Shown: positions 30,152 through 39,611 of the stretch, piece by piece
Layout: each line of letters begins with the position of its first letter
Position numbering within the stretch: the stretch's first letter is position 1
Assembly: GCA_963727915.1 (NCBI GenBank)
Contig: CAVSID010000001.1
Span: forward strand, 665,927-729,926
Direction: 5' to 3'
Source: an uncultured Chloroflexia bacterium
GTDB taxonomy: Bacteria > Chloroflexota > Anaerolineae > Anaerolineales > E44-bin32
Length of the DNA stretch: 64,000 bases
Position numbers and translations under genes: made by a program
The notes under the pieces: generated by a model
Seen by the model: the letters and a program-made list of their open reading frames with translations, nothing else
Databases searched by the model: none
What the model was told of the DNA's origin: nothing

Positions 30152-31292
30152 TCATTCGGGAATATGGCGCTTGAAGACTCGGTGGTTCTTATATGGAACC
30201 CCACCTACGTTCTCGAGGTCGCGCCGCATTTCTACGGCGCTTTCCGCCACCTGAGTTAGGTCAGCATGCCGAAAGCCATAATCCCGGACCGTTTTCTCCA
30301 TCTCCGAGTACATCAGGGCGTTCCCTCCTCGCCCCTTGAATTCAGGCAGGATGCCGATGCCGTTCAGCGACACCCACTTCGTCCGCCGGAACTCTATCAA
30401 CAGATCGATGAGGCCGAAGGGGAACAGCCGCCCGCCATTCCGCTGGATGGCGGCCGAAACGTCTGCGAAGGCGAATAAAAAGCCTACCACACGATCTTCA
30501 TGGGTGATGATCTTGATCAGCTTCGGATCGGCGACGGTCATCAGGTTGTCGGTAAGGAATTTGATCTCATCTTCGGTGAGAGGATAGTACTCCCAATTGT
30601 TGATGAACGAACTCGTTGTAGGCGCGCCCGATACGGTCGGCCCATTTCACCAACTCGCGCTTGCTCTTGAATTGGCGTACGGTCAGGCCGCTGACCCTCT
30701 GGGCACGCGTTGCGATCTTGTGGACCCGCTCCGGCATGCGGAACTTGTTGGCATCAAGGTAGCACGAAACGAAATCAACTTTCTTTTCAAAACCTAGCTT
30801 CTCGGCGAACTCGGGATAGTAGGGTGGGTTGTAGTTCATCATCGTCATGGCGGGTCGAAACTCGAAACCTTCGATCAGCATGCCGTAGCCATCCAGCGCG
30901 CCGAAACCCTTGGGGCCGACGATATCGGTCAGCCCCCGATTGCGCGCCCAATCAAAGGCCGCCTCAAACAGAGCCTGGGCGACCTCGAAATCCTCGATGC
31001 ACTCAAAGTGGTAGAACTGGGCCTCACGTGTGCCATGGTAGGCATTGTAAGGCTTGTTCTCCATGGCCGTGATCCGTCCCACCGGCTTGCCATCTTTCCG
31101 CGCCACAAAAAAATCGGCGTCGGAGTGGCCATAGAAAGGATGCTTGTCCCGATTGAGCATGGTGGCAATATCGATGCGGATGGGAGGGACCCAAAGGGGA
31201 TTGCCGCGGTAGAGTTCGAAGGGAAGATTCAGGAAATCACGAGTGTCGCGTTTTGAGTGTGTGTCGATCTTTTCGACTTTGAGCATGCGCAC
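30152..31292 (-). CDS. GNAT-family N-acetyltransferase, long (~380 aa) form (one apparent frameshift near 30560)
   Basis: C-terminal acetyl-CoA region VSLNGIGILPEFKGRGGNALMYSEMEKTV (Q/R-x-x-G-x-G/A motif). N-terminal domain in 30567-31292. Confidence 0.7.
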
Positions 31293-31313
31293 CTCGATCG
31301 ATCGGTTTAGCGG

Positions 31314-31343
31314 ATTGTAACATCGGCCCTATCCGTCTACAAT
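31314..31343. promoter_or_regulatory. Mirror-symmetric overlapping divergent promoters (ATTGTAA-17-TACAAT read on either strand)
   Basis: Plus: TTGTAA 31315-31320, 17 nt, TACAAT 31338-31343 (plsC). Minus: TTGTAG 31342-31337, 17 nt, TACAAT 31319-31314 (GNAT gene). Confidence 0.45.
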
Positions 31344-31375
31344 CGGGCCCTCAACAGCTGGAGGTTGCTCGTCAC

Positions 31376-32044
31376 GTGATCGTCAAACTCTTGTTGGCAT
31401 TCTTTCGGTCCGGATTGTGGCTGCTGACTCGAACGCAGGTTGACGGGATCGAGAACGTGCCTGATCCCCCCTACATCCTGGCCACCAACCACCTGGGGAC
31501 GCTTGACGTCCCCTTCATTTATGGCACGGTTGGCGGCCCGCACCTCGTCGGTTGGGCGGCCGAGAAGTATGAACGTAGCCTGATCCGGGGCACCATCCTT
31601 AGAGCAGGCGGGGCGGTCTTTATTCAGCGCGGCAAGGTGGATCGGCATGCCCTGGACTTCGCCGTCGAGACCCTTAAGAGCGGGAAGTCTTTCGGCATGG
31701 CACCGGAGGGCACGCGCAGCCCTCACCACAGCCTGATTCGCGGCAAGACCGGTGTGGCTTATCTGGCCGCCGAGTCCGGCGTGCCCGTGGTGCCCGTGGC
31801 GCTCACCGGCACCCATCGCCCGTATGATCATTGGTTGCGGCTGCGCCGCCCCCTGATGACGGCGCGCTTCGGACCCCCGTTCCATCTTCCGCCCCTTCCA
31901 GAAGAGGGACGTGGGGAGGCCCTGCGCAAGAACACCGATGAGATCATGTGCCGCATCGCAGCGTTGCTGCCACCCGAATACCGCGGCCTCTACGCCAATC
32001 ACCAGCGCACCCTCGAATTGATCGCGCAGGGGTACGGCTACTGA
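31376..32044 (+). CDS. plsC: 1-acyl-sn-glycerol-3-phosphate (lysophospholipid) acyltransferase
   Basis: Intact 222 aa. NHLGTLD (NHxxxxD) and APEGTRS motifs. Confidence 0.85.
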   Translation: MIVKLLLAFFRSGLWLLTRTQVDGIENVPDPPYILATNHLGTLDVPFIYGTVGGPHLVGWAAEKYERSLIRGTILRAGGAVFIQRGKVDRHALDFAVETLKSGKSFGMAPEGTRSPHHSLIRGKTGVAYLAAESGVPVVPVALTGTHRPYDHWLRLRRPLMTARFGPPFHLPPLPEEGRGEALRKNTDEIMCRIAALLPPEYRGLYANHQRTLELIAQGYGY

Positions 32045-32078
32045 GCCCGCGCTGGTTGTCCAAGCCCGGGATACGCTT

Positions 32079-32094
32079 TGTGAAATCTTTCACA
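32079..32094. promoter_or_regulatory. Perfect CRP/FNR-like palindrome TGTGA-AATCTT-TCACA
   Basis: In the plsC-membrane gene gap, 17 nt before ATG 32111. Confidence 0.5.
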
Positions 32095-32110
32095 ATCTGA
32101 GGCTCATCCG

Positions 32111-32738
32111 ATGTCCCTTTTGAATCCGCTTTCGATCCTGTTCTTTAGCCTGACATTGGCTGCACTGGGCTCCCTTATCGTCCTCGCCCGTGGGGCCACC
32201 GACCGACAAAGCCCGGCCTTCGGCTTGGCCGCCCTGGGATTGATCGGAAGTTTAGATGCGATGTCGCTGTTGGGGGGCTTCTCCATCGGGCCGGTCATGG
32301 CCCTGGTGGCGGTTCCCCTGGCGGTGCTGCTTGCCTGGGGGGCAGGCAGCTTTCGCATGCCGCTGGGGTTGATGGCGGTGGCCACGGCGCTGCTGGCCGT
32401 GGGTGCGCTTCAAGGCGGGTTGTCTGGGACCCTGCGCTGGGGGCTCGGATTTGGCCTGGCGGCCGTCGCCGCGCTCTCCGTGATGCGGCTGGTGCGCTTC
32501 TGGGCGAGCCGCGAAACCGGCGAGTTCAGCGGTTGGTGCCTCGCGCTGAGCGCAGCCCTCGGCGGCGTTGGCCTGATCTTCGGCATTCCCGATCCGGGGG
32601 GGATCGGACTGTGGGCGGCCCGGGCGGGCGCCGTTGCGGCGGCCGGCCTGGTGTTCTTTGCCGCGGCGCTTCCAGCTCGGCCTGGTCGCTGTGGCTCTCC
32701 TCGACGCTCTGTTGGCCCTCGGTCTCTCCGGCTTCTGA
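32111..32738 (+). CDS. Hypothetical membrane protein (apparent frameshift near 32680)
   Basis: Gly/Ala/Leu-rich multi-TM sequence. Plausible C-terminus FQLGLVAVALLDALLALGLSGF, stop 32736-32738 in another frame. Confidence 0.45.
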
Positions 32739-32821
32739 TCCCGGCCTCCGCCGGGCCATTTTCGGCCTCTGCTGCACCACGGCGCGACTTTCGGCCGCCG
32801 GCCTGTGTATGGGCTAACACC

Positions 32822-33833
32822 ATGGCCAGATTCCGTCAGCACGGCCCCGCCCTGATGCTGTTCTTCCTGGCGCCTGCTATCGGCGAACTACTCTCCGGGG
32901 CCTCGCCCCCTTTCAAATTCTTCAACCCTTTCTTGTTCGTGGTGCTGTGCGTCTTGTACGGCGGCGGGGCCCTGCTCGTTCGCGAGCTCGACTCTGCGCT
33001 GGGGCAGAGGCTGGCCGACGATCCTGACTCTGGGGGCTGCCTACGGACTGCTAGAAGAGGGCCTGATGGTCAAGAGCCTGTTCGACCCGGCCTGGCCCGG
33101 GCTGGGAGAGTACGTCGCCGTCGGGCGCGCCTGGGGAGTAAATTGGATCTGGGGCGTGGATCTGACCATCTACCACGCCGTCATCAGCATCTCTATTCCC
33201 ATCCTGCTGGTTGAGCTGACTTTCCCCGAACGATGCCAGGCCTGGGTGTCCCCACACGCGCTGCGGGTCGTGGGCGGTCTGCTGGCGGCCGACGTCTTGT
33301 TCGGTTTCGCCCTGATCACCCCCTACCGTCCGCCAGCGCTCCCGTATGTGTTGACCGCAGCCCTGGTGGTCGGCCTGATCCTTCTCGCGAGGAGGCTGCC
33401 AGCCTCCTTGTTCGCTGCCCCTTATCCCGTTGCCCCCCACCGGCGGGTTGGCTGGGTCGGCCTGGCGGCTTTCGCTGGCACGTTGGCCTATTTCGGCGTC
33501 TCGTGGGCTCTGCCCGCCAGCCGGCTCTCGCCGTGGCTGTTGTTCGAAGCCGTGGGTTTCGTGGTGGCTGGCACGGGCATGACCATCATCGCCCTGACCG
33601 AGGGCGGACGCCTGTCGTCCCCGGCTCACCGCCTGGCCATGGCCTCCGGTGCCCTTTCGTTCTTCATCCTCCTCGCCCCGCTTCAGGAATTCGGCCGCGG
33701 GGCGATCGGGATGCTCCCGGTGGGCCTGCTGGCGCTGCTGATGCTCGTCTGGCTGTCACGGCGCGTCCGGCGGTTTCCGCTTGAAGCATCGGTCTCCCGC
33801 TCGCCCTCCCCTGCACTTCCCCCGCGCGGGTGA
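32822..33833 (+). CDS. Hypothetical polytopic membrane protein (apparent frameshift near 33000)
   Basis: MARFRQHGPALMLFFLAPAIGELLSG... joined to ORF 33066-33833 (EGLMVKSLFDPAWPGLGEY...). Confidence 0.5.
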
Positions 33834-33867
33834 TCTGCGGATCATCCCAAATCAACCTCGAGTGGGA

Positions 33868-33896
33868 TTGTCTCCCAGCGCCTTTGCGGCTATATC
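33868..33896 (+). promoter_or_regulatory. Candidate promoter TTGTCT-17-TATATC for the PolB operon
   Basis: Hexamers at 33868-33873 and 33891-33896. Confidence 0.3.
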
Positions 33897-33899
33897 TTT

Positions 33900-33913
33900 A
33901 GCACATCTGTTCT
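33900..33913. promoter_or_regulatory. SOS-box-like imperfect palindrome AGCACATCTGTTCT
   Basis: GCAC-N4-GTTC, one mismatch from GAAC-N4-GTTC. 12 of 14 positions identical to the perfect box at 24907-24920. Sits just downstream of the candidate -10. Confidence 0.35.
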
Positions 33914-33944
33914 ATTGATAAGCCTGCTGTCTGAGAGGGGCGCC

Positions 33945-34550
33945 ATGCTTCACAACGAGCTCGTCCTGCGAACGACCCCCGATATACCGATCCCCGGCAT
34001 CGACCCGGCCCTGTTGGATGCCATCAGCCGACCCAGGCTGACTCTGCTGTGGGGCGTCACCACGCCCACCCGCACCCTGCTGGCCGCCTTGACCATGATC
34101 GCCGCCGGCGGTCAGAGTGTGCGGGTCTTCGATGGCGGCAACCGCTTCGATGGCTACTTTGTGGCCCGGCTGGCCCGCCGCCTGACGCCCGACCTGCAGG
34201 CGGCGATGGGGCGCATTCATCTGTCGCGGGCTTTCACCTGTTTCCAACTGGCCGAGTTGATCGAAAACGTCCCGGCCGAGCCATCACCTCTGTTTGGCCT
34301 CGACTTTCTAGCCACCTTTTACGACGAAAGCGTTCCCTTGCGCGACAGCGAGCGGCTGCTGTCGACCACCCTGGCACATCTCAGGCGCCTGGCGGCCGTG
34401 GGGCCGGTGATCATCGGTGCGCAGGAACCGCGCAGCCTGGTCAAAGATCGTTGGTCCTTGCTCGACCAACTGCAGGCAGCCGCCGACGGCGCCTGGCTGC
34501 TTCGCCTGCCCGAGTCCCAACCACCCTTGCAGCCCCGGCTGTTCACTTGA
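33945..34550 (+). CDS. RecA/KaiC-like fold protein with degenerate P-loop and C-terminal QPRLF (putative polymerase accessory factor)
   Basis: Intact ORF (the track starts at TTG 33915; ATG 33945 after GAGAGGGG is preferred). LTLLWGVTTPTRTLLAAL in place of Walker A, LFGLDFLATFYDE Walker-B-like, ends PPLQPRLFT. Confidence 0.6.
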   Translation: MLHNELVLRTTPDIPIPGIDPALLDAISRPRLTLLWGVTTPTRTLLAALTMIAAGGQSVRVFDGGNRFDGYFVARLARRLTPDLQAAMGRIHLSRAFTCFQLAELIENVPAEPSPLFGLDFLATFYDESVPLRDSERLLSTTLAHLRRLAAVGPVIIGAQEPRSLVKDRWSLLDQLQAAADGAWLLRLPESQPPLQPRLFT

Positions 34551-34650
34551 GATGCCCAATCGATCATGTCCAAGTCATCGCCCTCACCGACCGAACATCA
34601 GCGTTACAAGCTAGCGCTAGGTGCTAGAAACTAGAAGCCAGGAGCTATCC

Positions 34651-34965
34651 ATGGGCCGCACCCTTCCCTCCATCACCCAAGCCTTCCTCCAGGAGCAGAG
34701 CTCCCTGGCGCGCTTCCGCCGGGCCTTGCGCCGGGAGGATCAGCACGCGCTGGACGAGCTGCTGGCCGACGCCCGGCGCCATCTGGCGGCAGCGGCCTAC
34801 GCCTCCCATCTGCTGCCGTTCGAGGTCATGCTGCTGGCCATGCTGGTCGAAGAACACAAGGCGGTCATCGACCTGCGGCGGCGCCTGGACGACATGGAAG
34901 GAACAGTCGAAACGCTCGCCTCACCCCGCCTGGCTTCCCCGGACGGCGGCCGGACGGACGCCTGA
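34651..34965 (+). CDS. Small (104 aa) predicted all-helical protein, unknown family
   Basis: Intact. AGGAG 6 nt upstream. Stop is 2 nt before the PolB GTG. Confidence 0.6.
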   Translation: MGRTLPSITQAFLQEQSSLARFRRALRREDQHALDELLADARRHLAAAAYASHLLPFEVMLLAMLVEEHKAVIDLRRRLDDMEGTVETLASPRLASPDGGRTDA

Positions 34966-34967
34966 GC

Positions 34968-37400
34968 GTGCCCAGTTTTTACGGCTGGCTGTTCGATGCC
35001 TACCCGCGGGGCGCGGCATGGCGGTCTGGTTTCTCGACAACGAAGGGCGCGCCGTGCCCCTGCTCGACCATTTCACCCCCGCCTTCTACGCTCGCGGTCC
35101 ACAGAACGATTTGCACGATGTCTGCCGGATGCTGCGCACCCAGCGCGCCCCGGTCGGGCTGCGCCGCACCGAGCGGCGCGACCTGTTTCTCGATCAGCAG
35201 GTGGAGGTGCTCGAGGTGGGTGTGCGCTTTCCTGCCCTACTGCAGCGCCTGCAGCGCCAGGTGGCCGAATTCCGCCCTCATCTAACCTACTACGACGCCG
35301 ACATTCCGATCCCCCAGCGCTACGTCCTGGCCCGCGGGATCTTCCCGTTGGCCTATTGCCGGGTAGAGCACGCCGACGGCCGCCTGATTGCCATCGAGGC
35401 GCTCGACTCCCCCTGGGACGCCGAGTACCGCCTACCGCAGCTGCGGGTGATGACCCTCCGCCTGGACGGCGAGCTGCGCAACCCGGCCCGGGGCTACCGC
35501 AGCGATTTATTGGTCGAGGCCGGCGGCCAGAGCTACGTCTTTAAACGCGACCAGGGACGCCAGCTCGTGCTCGGTGTGCGCCACCTGCTCGAGCAGCACG
35601 ACCCCGATCTACTGGTCAGCGCTTATGGTGACTCCTTCATCCTGCCGCGCCTGATCGAGCTCTCGCGTCACTACGGCCTTCCCCTGCCGCTCAACCGTGA
35701 CCACGGGCAGGCGGTCGGCCACAAGCGTGCCCATTCCTACTTCTCCTATGGCAAAGTCATCTTCCGCGACGAGCAGCACACCTTGTTCGGCCGCTGGCAC
35801 ATCGACCGCCAGAACGCCTTCCTGGCCGATGATTACGGGCTGGACGGCAACCTGGAGATCGCCCGTCTGACCGGCCTGCCGGTGCAGACCGTGGCCCGCG
35901 TTTCCACCGGCACCGGGATCAGCGCCATGCAGGTCGCCACGGCGCTGCGGCGCGGCGTGCTCGTCCCCTGGCAGAAGCGGCAACCGGAAGCCCTCAAGAC
36001 CGGCCTCGACCTGTTCGCCGCCGACAAGGGCGGCCTGGTCTACACCCCCATCGCCGGCCTGCACGAGCACGTGGCCGAGTTGGATTTCACCGCCATGTAC
36101 CCCAGCCTGATGGTGCACTTCAACTTGTCGCCCGAGACCGTCAAGGCCGAGTGCTGCCCGGGCGTACCGGTGCCCGAACTGGGAACCCCCGTCTGCAACC
36201 ACCGCCAGGGCCTAGTGCCGGAGACGCTGGCCCCGCTGCTCGAGAAGCGCGCCCGCTACAAGGCGCTCATGCGCGCCCTGCCCGAAGACGACCCGCGCCG
36301 CGAGGTCTACCGGCGCCGCTACTCGGCCCACAAATGGCTTCTGGTGACCTGTTTCGGTTATCTGGGGTACAAGAACGCCCGCTTCGGGCGCATCGAAGCT
36401 CACGAGGCGGTCACGGCCTACGGCCGCGAGGTCCTGCTGCAGGCCAAAGAAATCGTCGAAGCTCGCGGCTACCGCGTGCTGCATATGTACGTCGACGGCC
36501 TGTGGATCCACAAGCCCGGCGCCCGCGGCCGCCCGGATTACGAAGGGCTGCTGGAGGTCATCAAACACCAGACCGGCCTGCCGATCGAGTTGGAAGGCGT
36601 CTACCGCTGGCTGGCGTTCCTGCCGTCGCGCACCGAGCCGCGCGTGGCGGTCGCCAACCGCTATTTCGGCGCTTTTCAAGACGGGTCAATCAAGATCCGA
36701 GGCATTGAGGCTCGGCGTCACGACACGCCGGCTTACATCAAAGACACACAGCTCCACATCCTCGAGATCCTGGCCGACGGCCGGGACGCCGCCGGTTTCC
36801 GGGCGCTTCTGCCCAAGGCCGTTGCCTATGCCACCGAACGGCTGCGGCTGCCTGCGCGCCGGGCAGGCGCCGGCCAAAAGCCTGGTGGTCCAACAGCGCC
36901 TGTCGCGCGAGCCGGAAGAGTTCAGGGTGCGTACGGCCGCTGCCCGCGCCGTCCAGCAGCTGCTGCGCGCCGGGGTCCCCCTCAGCGCTGGCGAGCAGTT
37001 GCGCTTTCTGTACGTGCCCGGGCCGGAGAAGGTGCGCGCCTGGGACCTGGTGGACCAAGCGATGCCCTACGATGTCGAAGCCTATACCGAACTGTTCCTG
37101 CGCGCCGTCGAGTCACTGCTCTCCGTGGCCAGCGTCGACCGGTCAATGCTCGAGAACTGGCTCCTGGCCGGGGCCGGGTACTGGGGGCCGCCCGGCGTGC
37201 TGCCTCCTCCCGGCGCCGATCCCCGCATGCCTCTGCTGGCAGCACGCGCCGGCGGCGAAGGACCACAGCGCCGCAGCCCGTCCCCGTGCCGGCCGCAGCC
37301 ACCCAGGACCGATACACAGGACACTGGGGCCGCCGCTTTCCCTGAATGCCGGGTGGCCTTGACCGGGCAGAAAACAGTTAGAATCCTGCCGCGCCGCTGA
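34968..37400 (+). CDS. Family B DNA polymerase, Pol II / Pol-epsilon-N-like (2 apparent frameshifts near 35012 and 36850; 3' end uncertain, 37230-37400)
   Basis: N-terminus VPSFYGWLFDAYPRG then MAVWFLDNEGRAV. ExoI-like LRLDGE, motif A LDFTAMYPSLM, motif B SAHKWLLVTCFGYLGY, motif C HMYVDGLWI, ANRYFG...IKIRGIEARRHDTP, thumb SLVVQQRLSREPEEF... Confidence 0.85.
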
Positions 37401-37499
37401 CGACATCGGCGCGGGCCGGCACCCACGCGCTCATCACACCAACGCCCGCCACCAACCCCGAGCCCGCCGCCCATCATCGCAAGCCACGAGGCCGAGACC

Positions 37500-39490
37500 A
37501 TGCCTTCCTCTAGATCCGTTATCGCCATCACGGCCAGTCTGCTCCTGGCAGGCTGTCAGGCAGCCGCCACGCCCGTCGCCGCTCCAGCGAGCCCGACCAG
37601 CGCGCCGCCGAGCATCACGGACACCCCCACCGTGAGCCCCACACCGGCCAGCACGCCCAGCGGAACGTGGATCCGCCTGACGCCCGACAACGGCGCGCCG
37701 GGGACGCCGATCCAGATCGACGGCTATCTACCCGGCGGGCCAACCGCCGACGAAGCCCAAGGCAATCTGACATTGCAGCACACCACCGTTTGCTGGGACG
37801 GCTGCCTGACAGGATTTACAGCCGTGGACGTCCCCGTCCAATGGTCCGCCGACCAAGCTGGCAACTTCACCATCAACTTCAACGCGCCCAGCGTACCCTG
37901 GTGGGGTTCACAGGGGCCGCAACCGGTTCAGGATGGTGAATACGCCGTGGGGGTCCAATGCCTGGGTCCCCTCGTGCCGGGATGCGCCAACCAGGAGGCC
38001 TTGGCAACGGCCAGCTTCCAGGTGGTAGGCGCCCAACCCTCGCGCTGCGGCCAGGCACAGCCGTGCGCCGAGCTGACACTGAACCCCAGCCAGGCCCAGC
38101 CCGGAGATTCCGTGCAGGTATCCGGATGGGCCCCCTTGATCGAGACCATCAGCGGAGAGCCGTTTGGCTACACTCTCGCCATCCGGGCCGGCGACGCCAA
38201 CACCTCGACCGGGCCCATCGGCCAGGTCACCCAGCAGCTCAACGGTGGACTCGACCGGGGGCTTCACGGTGCCCCAATCCATCCCCGGCGATGGCACGCT
38301 TTCGCCCGGGACGTACGACGTATTGCTTCAGGCGTCAGCGCCCCAGACGATCGTCATCGGCCAGGGTGGGCCAACGGTTGCCAAGGCCAGTCTCGCCCTG
38401 GGGCTATCCCTGGCATGGAGCTCGCTTGGTGTAGGCTCGCCCATTTGGCTGTCGCCGACGGCCGGCCTCGTCAGCCCGTCGATCAGCCTCGATCCCGGGG
38501 ACGCCCATCGGCTGGCCTACTGCGCGCCAAACGCCATCCGACTATCGAAGCGATTCGGGGCAATCGTGGCGAGATGTACCCGTCGTCGGGGCCGTCGATG
38601 CCGTCAATCAGATCGGGTTCGAGATCATGTCGGGCGGGGCCACCGGCGGCGCGCCACAGTGTGTTTCCGTCGCACTCGACCCCGCCCATCCCAACAGCCT
38701 TTACGCTGTATTCGCCACAGCCGAACGGCAGATGGGCGCCCCGCCCGAGTTCTTCAAAGGGCTGATCACCACCGACCTTGGCGCAACCTGGCAGCTGGTT
38801 CCCGCGCCAGGCCCGGCCAACGATTTCGCATTTGGAGGTTTCGCCAGTTGGGCAGGGGGCCGGGTAGAAGCGCTGTTTGGCAGCGCTGGCGACCGTCCGG
38901 CCGGGCAGGTGGAAGCCACCCAGGATGGCGGCACGGCATGGCAGCCCCAGACCCTGACCTGTCCCCCCGCCGGACCATGCCTGCGATGGGGACCCAGCCC
39001 CAGCTCCATCAGCGGCATGGGCGCCCCTCGCCCGCAATCCCTTCTGCTTTCGGCCAGCGGCGGTCAGAGCTGGTCCGCCAGCGCAATCACGCTCGACCTG
39101 CACGCCAGTGTGGCTGGAGAGGTGGCTGGTTACGACGGTGGGCGAGCGGTGGTCTTGGCCGGCCAGGAACCCTTCCCCGCCCGCTGGACCAACGACGGCG
39201 GCACTACCTGGACAACCTTGACCCTGCCCCCGCTCCCTGGGTCTCCCGACGCAGCATTGGCCTACCCTGGTCTCCAAATCATGCCAGACGGATCGCTGAT
39301 CGCCCTGGCCGATGACGGCGGGTGGAAAACCCTCCCTCCAGGCGCAGACGCATGGTGCTCGCTCGCCTCGGACCGTCTCCCCAAGGCGACGGTAAGGCTC
39401 GCTCTTGCCGGCGACAGGGTTTGGTGGCTAGACCCCGACACCGGCGGCCCATCGCATGCCGCGCTGGCCGCCTTTGCCTGTCCGCCCTAA
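37500..39490 (+). CDS. Lipoprotein with BNR/Asp-box repeats (beta-propeller-like), about 3 apparent frameshifts
   Basis: Lipobox LLLAGC, Pro/Thr/Ser linker. Asp-box-like TTDLGATWQ, TQDGGTAWQ, SASGGQSWS, TNDGGTTWT. Confidence 0.65.
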
Positions 39491-39611
39491 AGGCAGATCT
39501 CCTGGGCCGCAAGACCAGGAGCCCGGATCGCTTCATCAACCGCCCGGCCAATCGCGTCTATACTTTGTGGCTAGACGTGGCCCTCCGATCTTGGCCTAGC
39601 GGGGGACGAAT

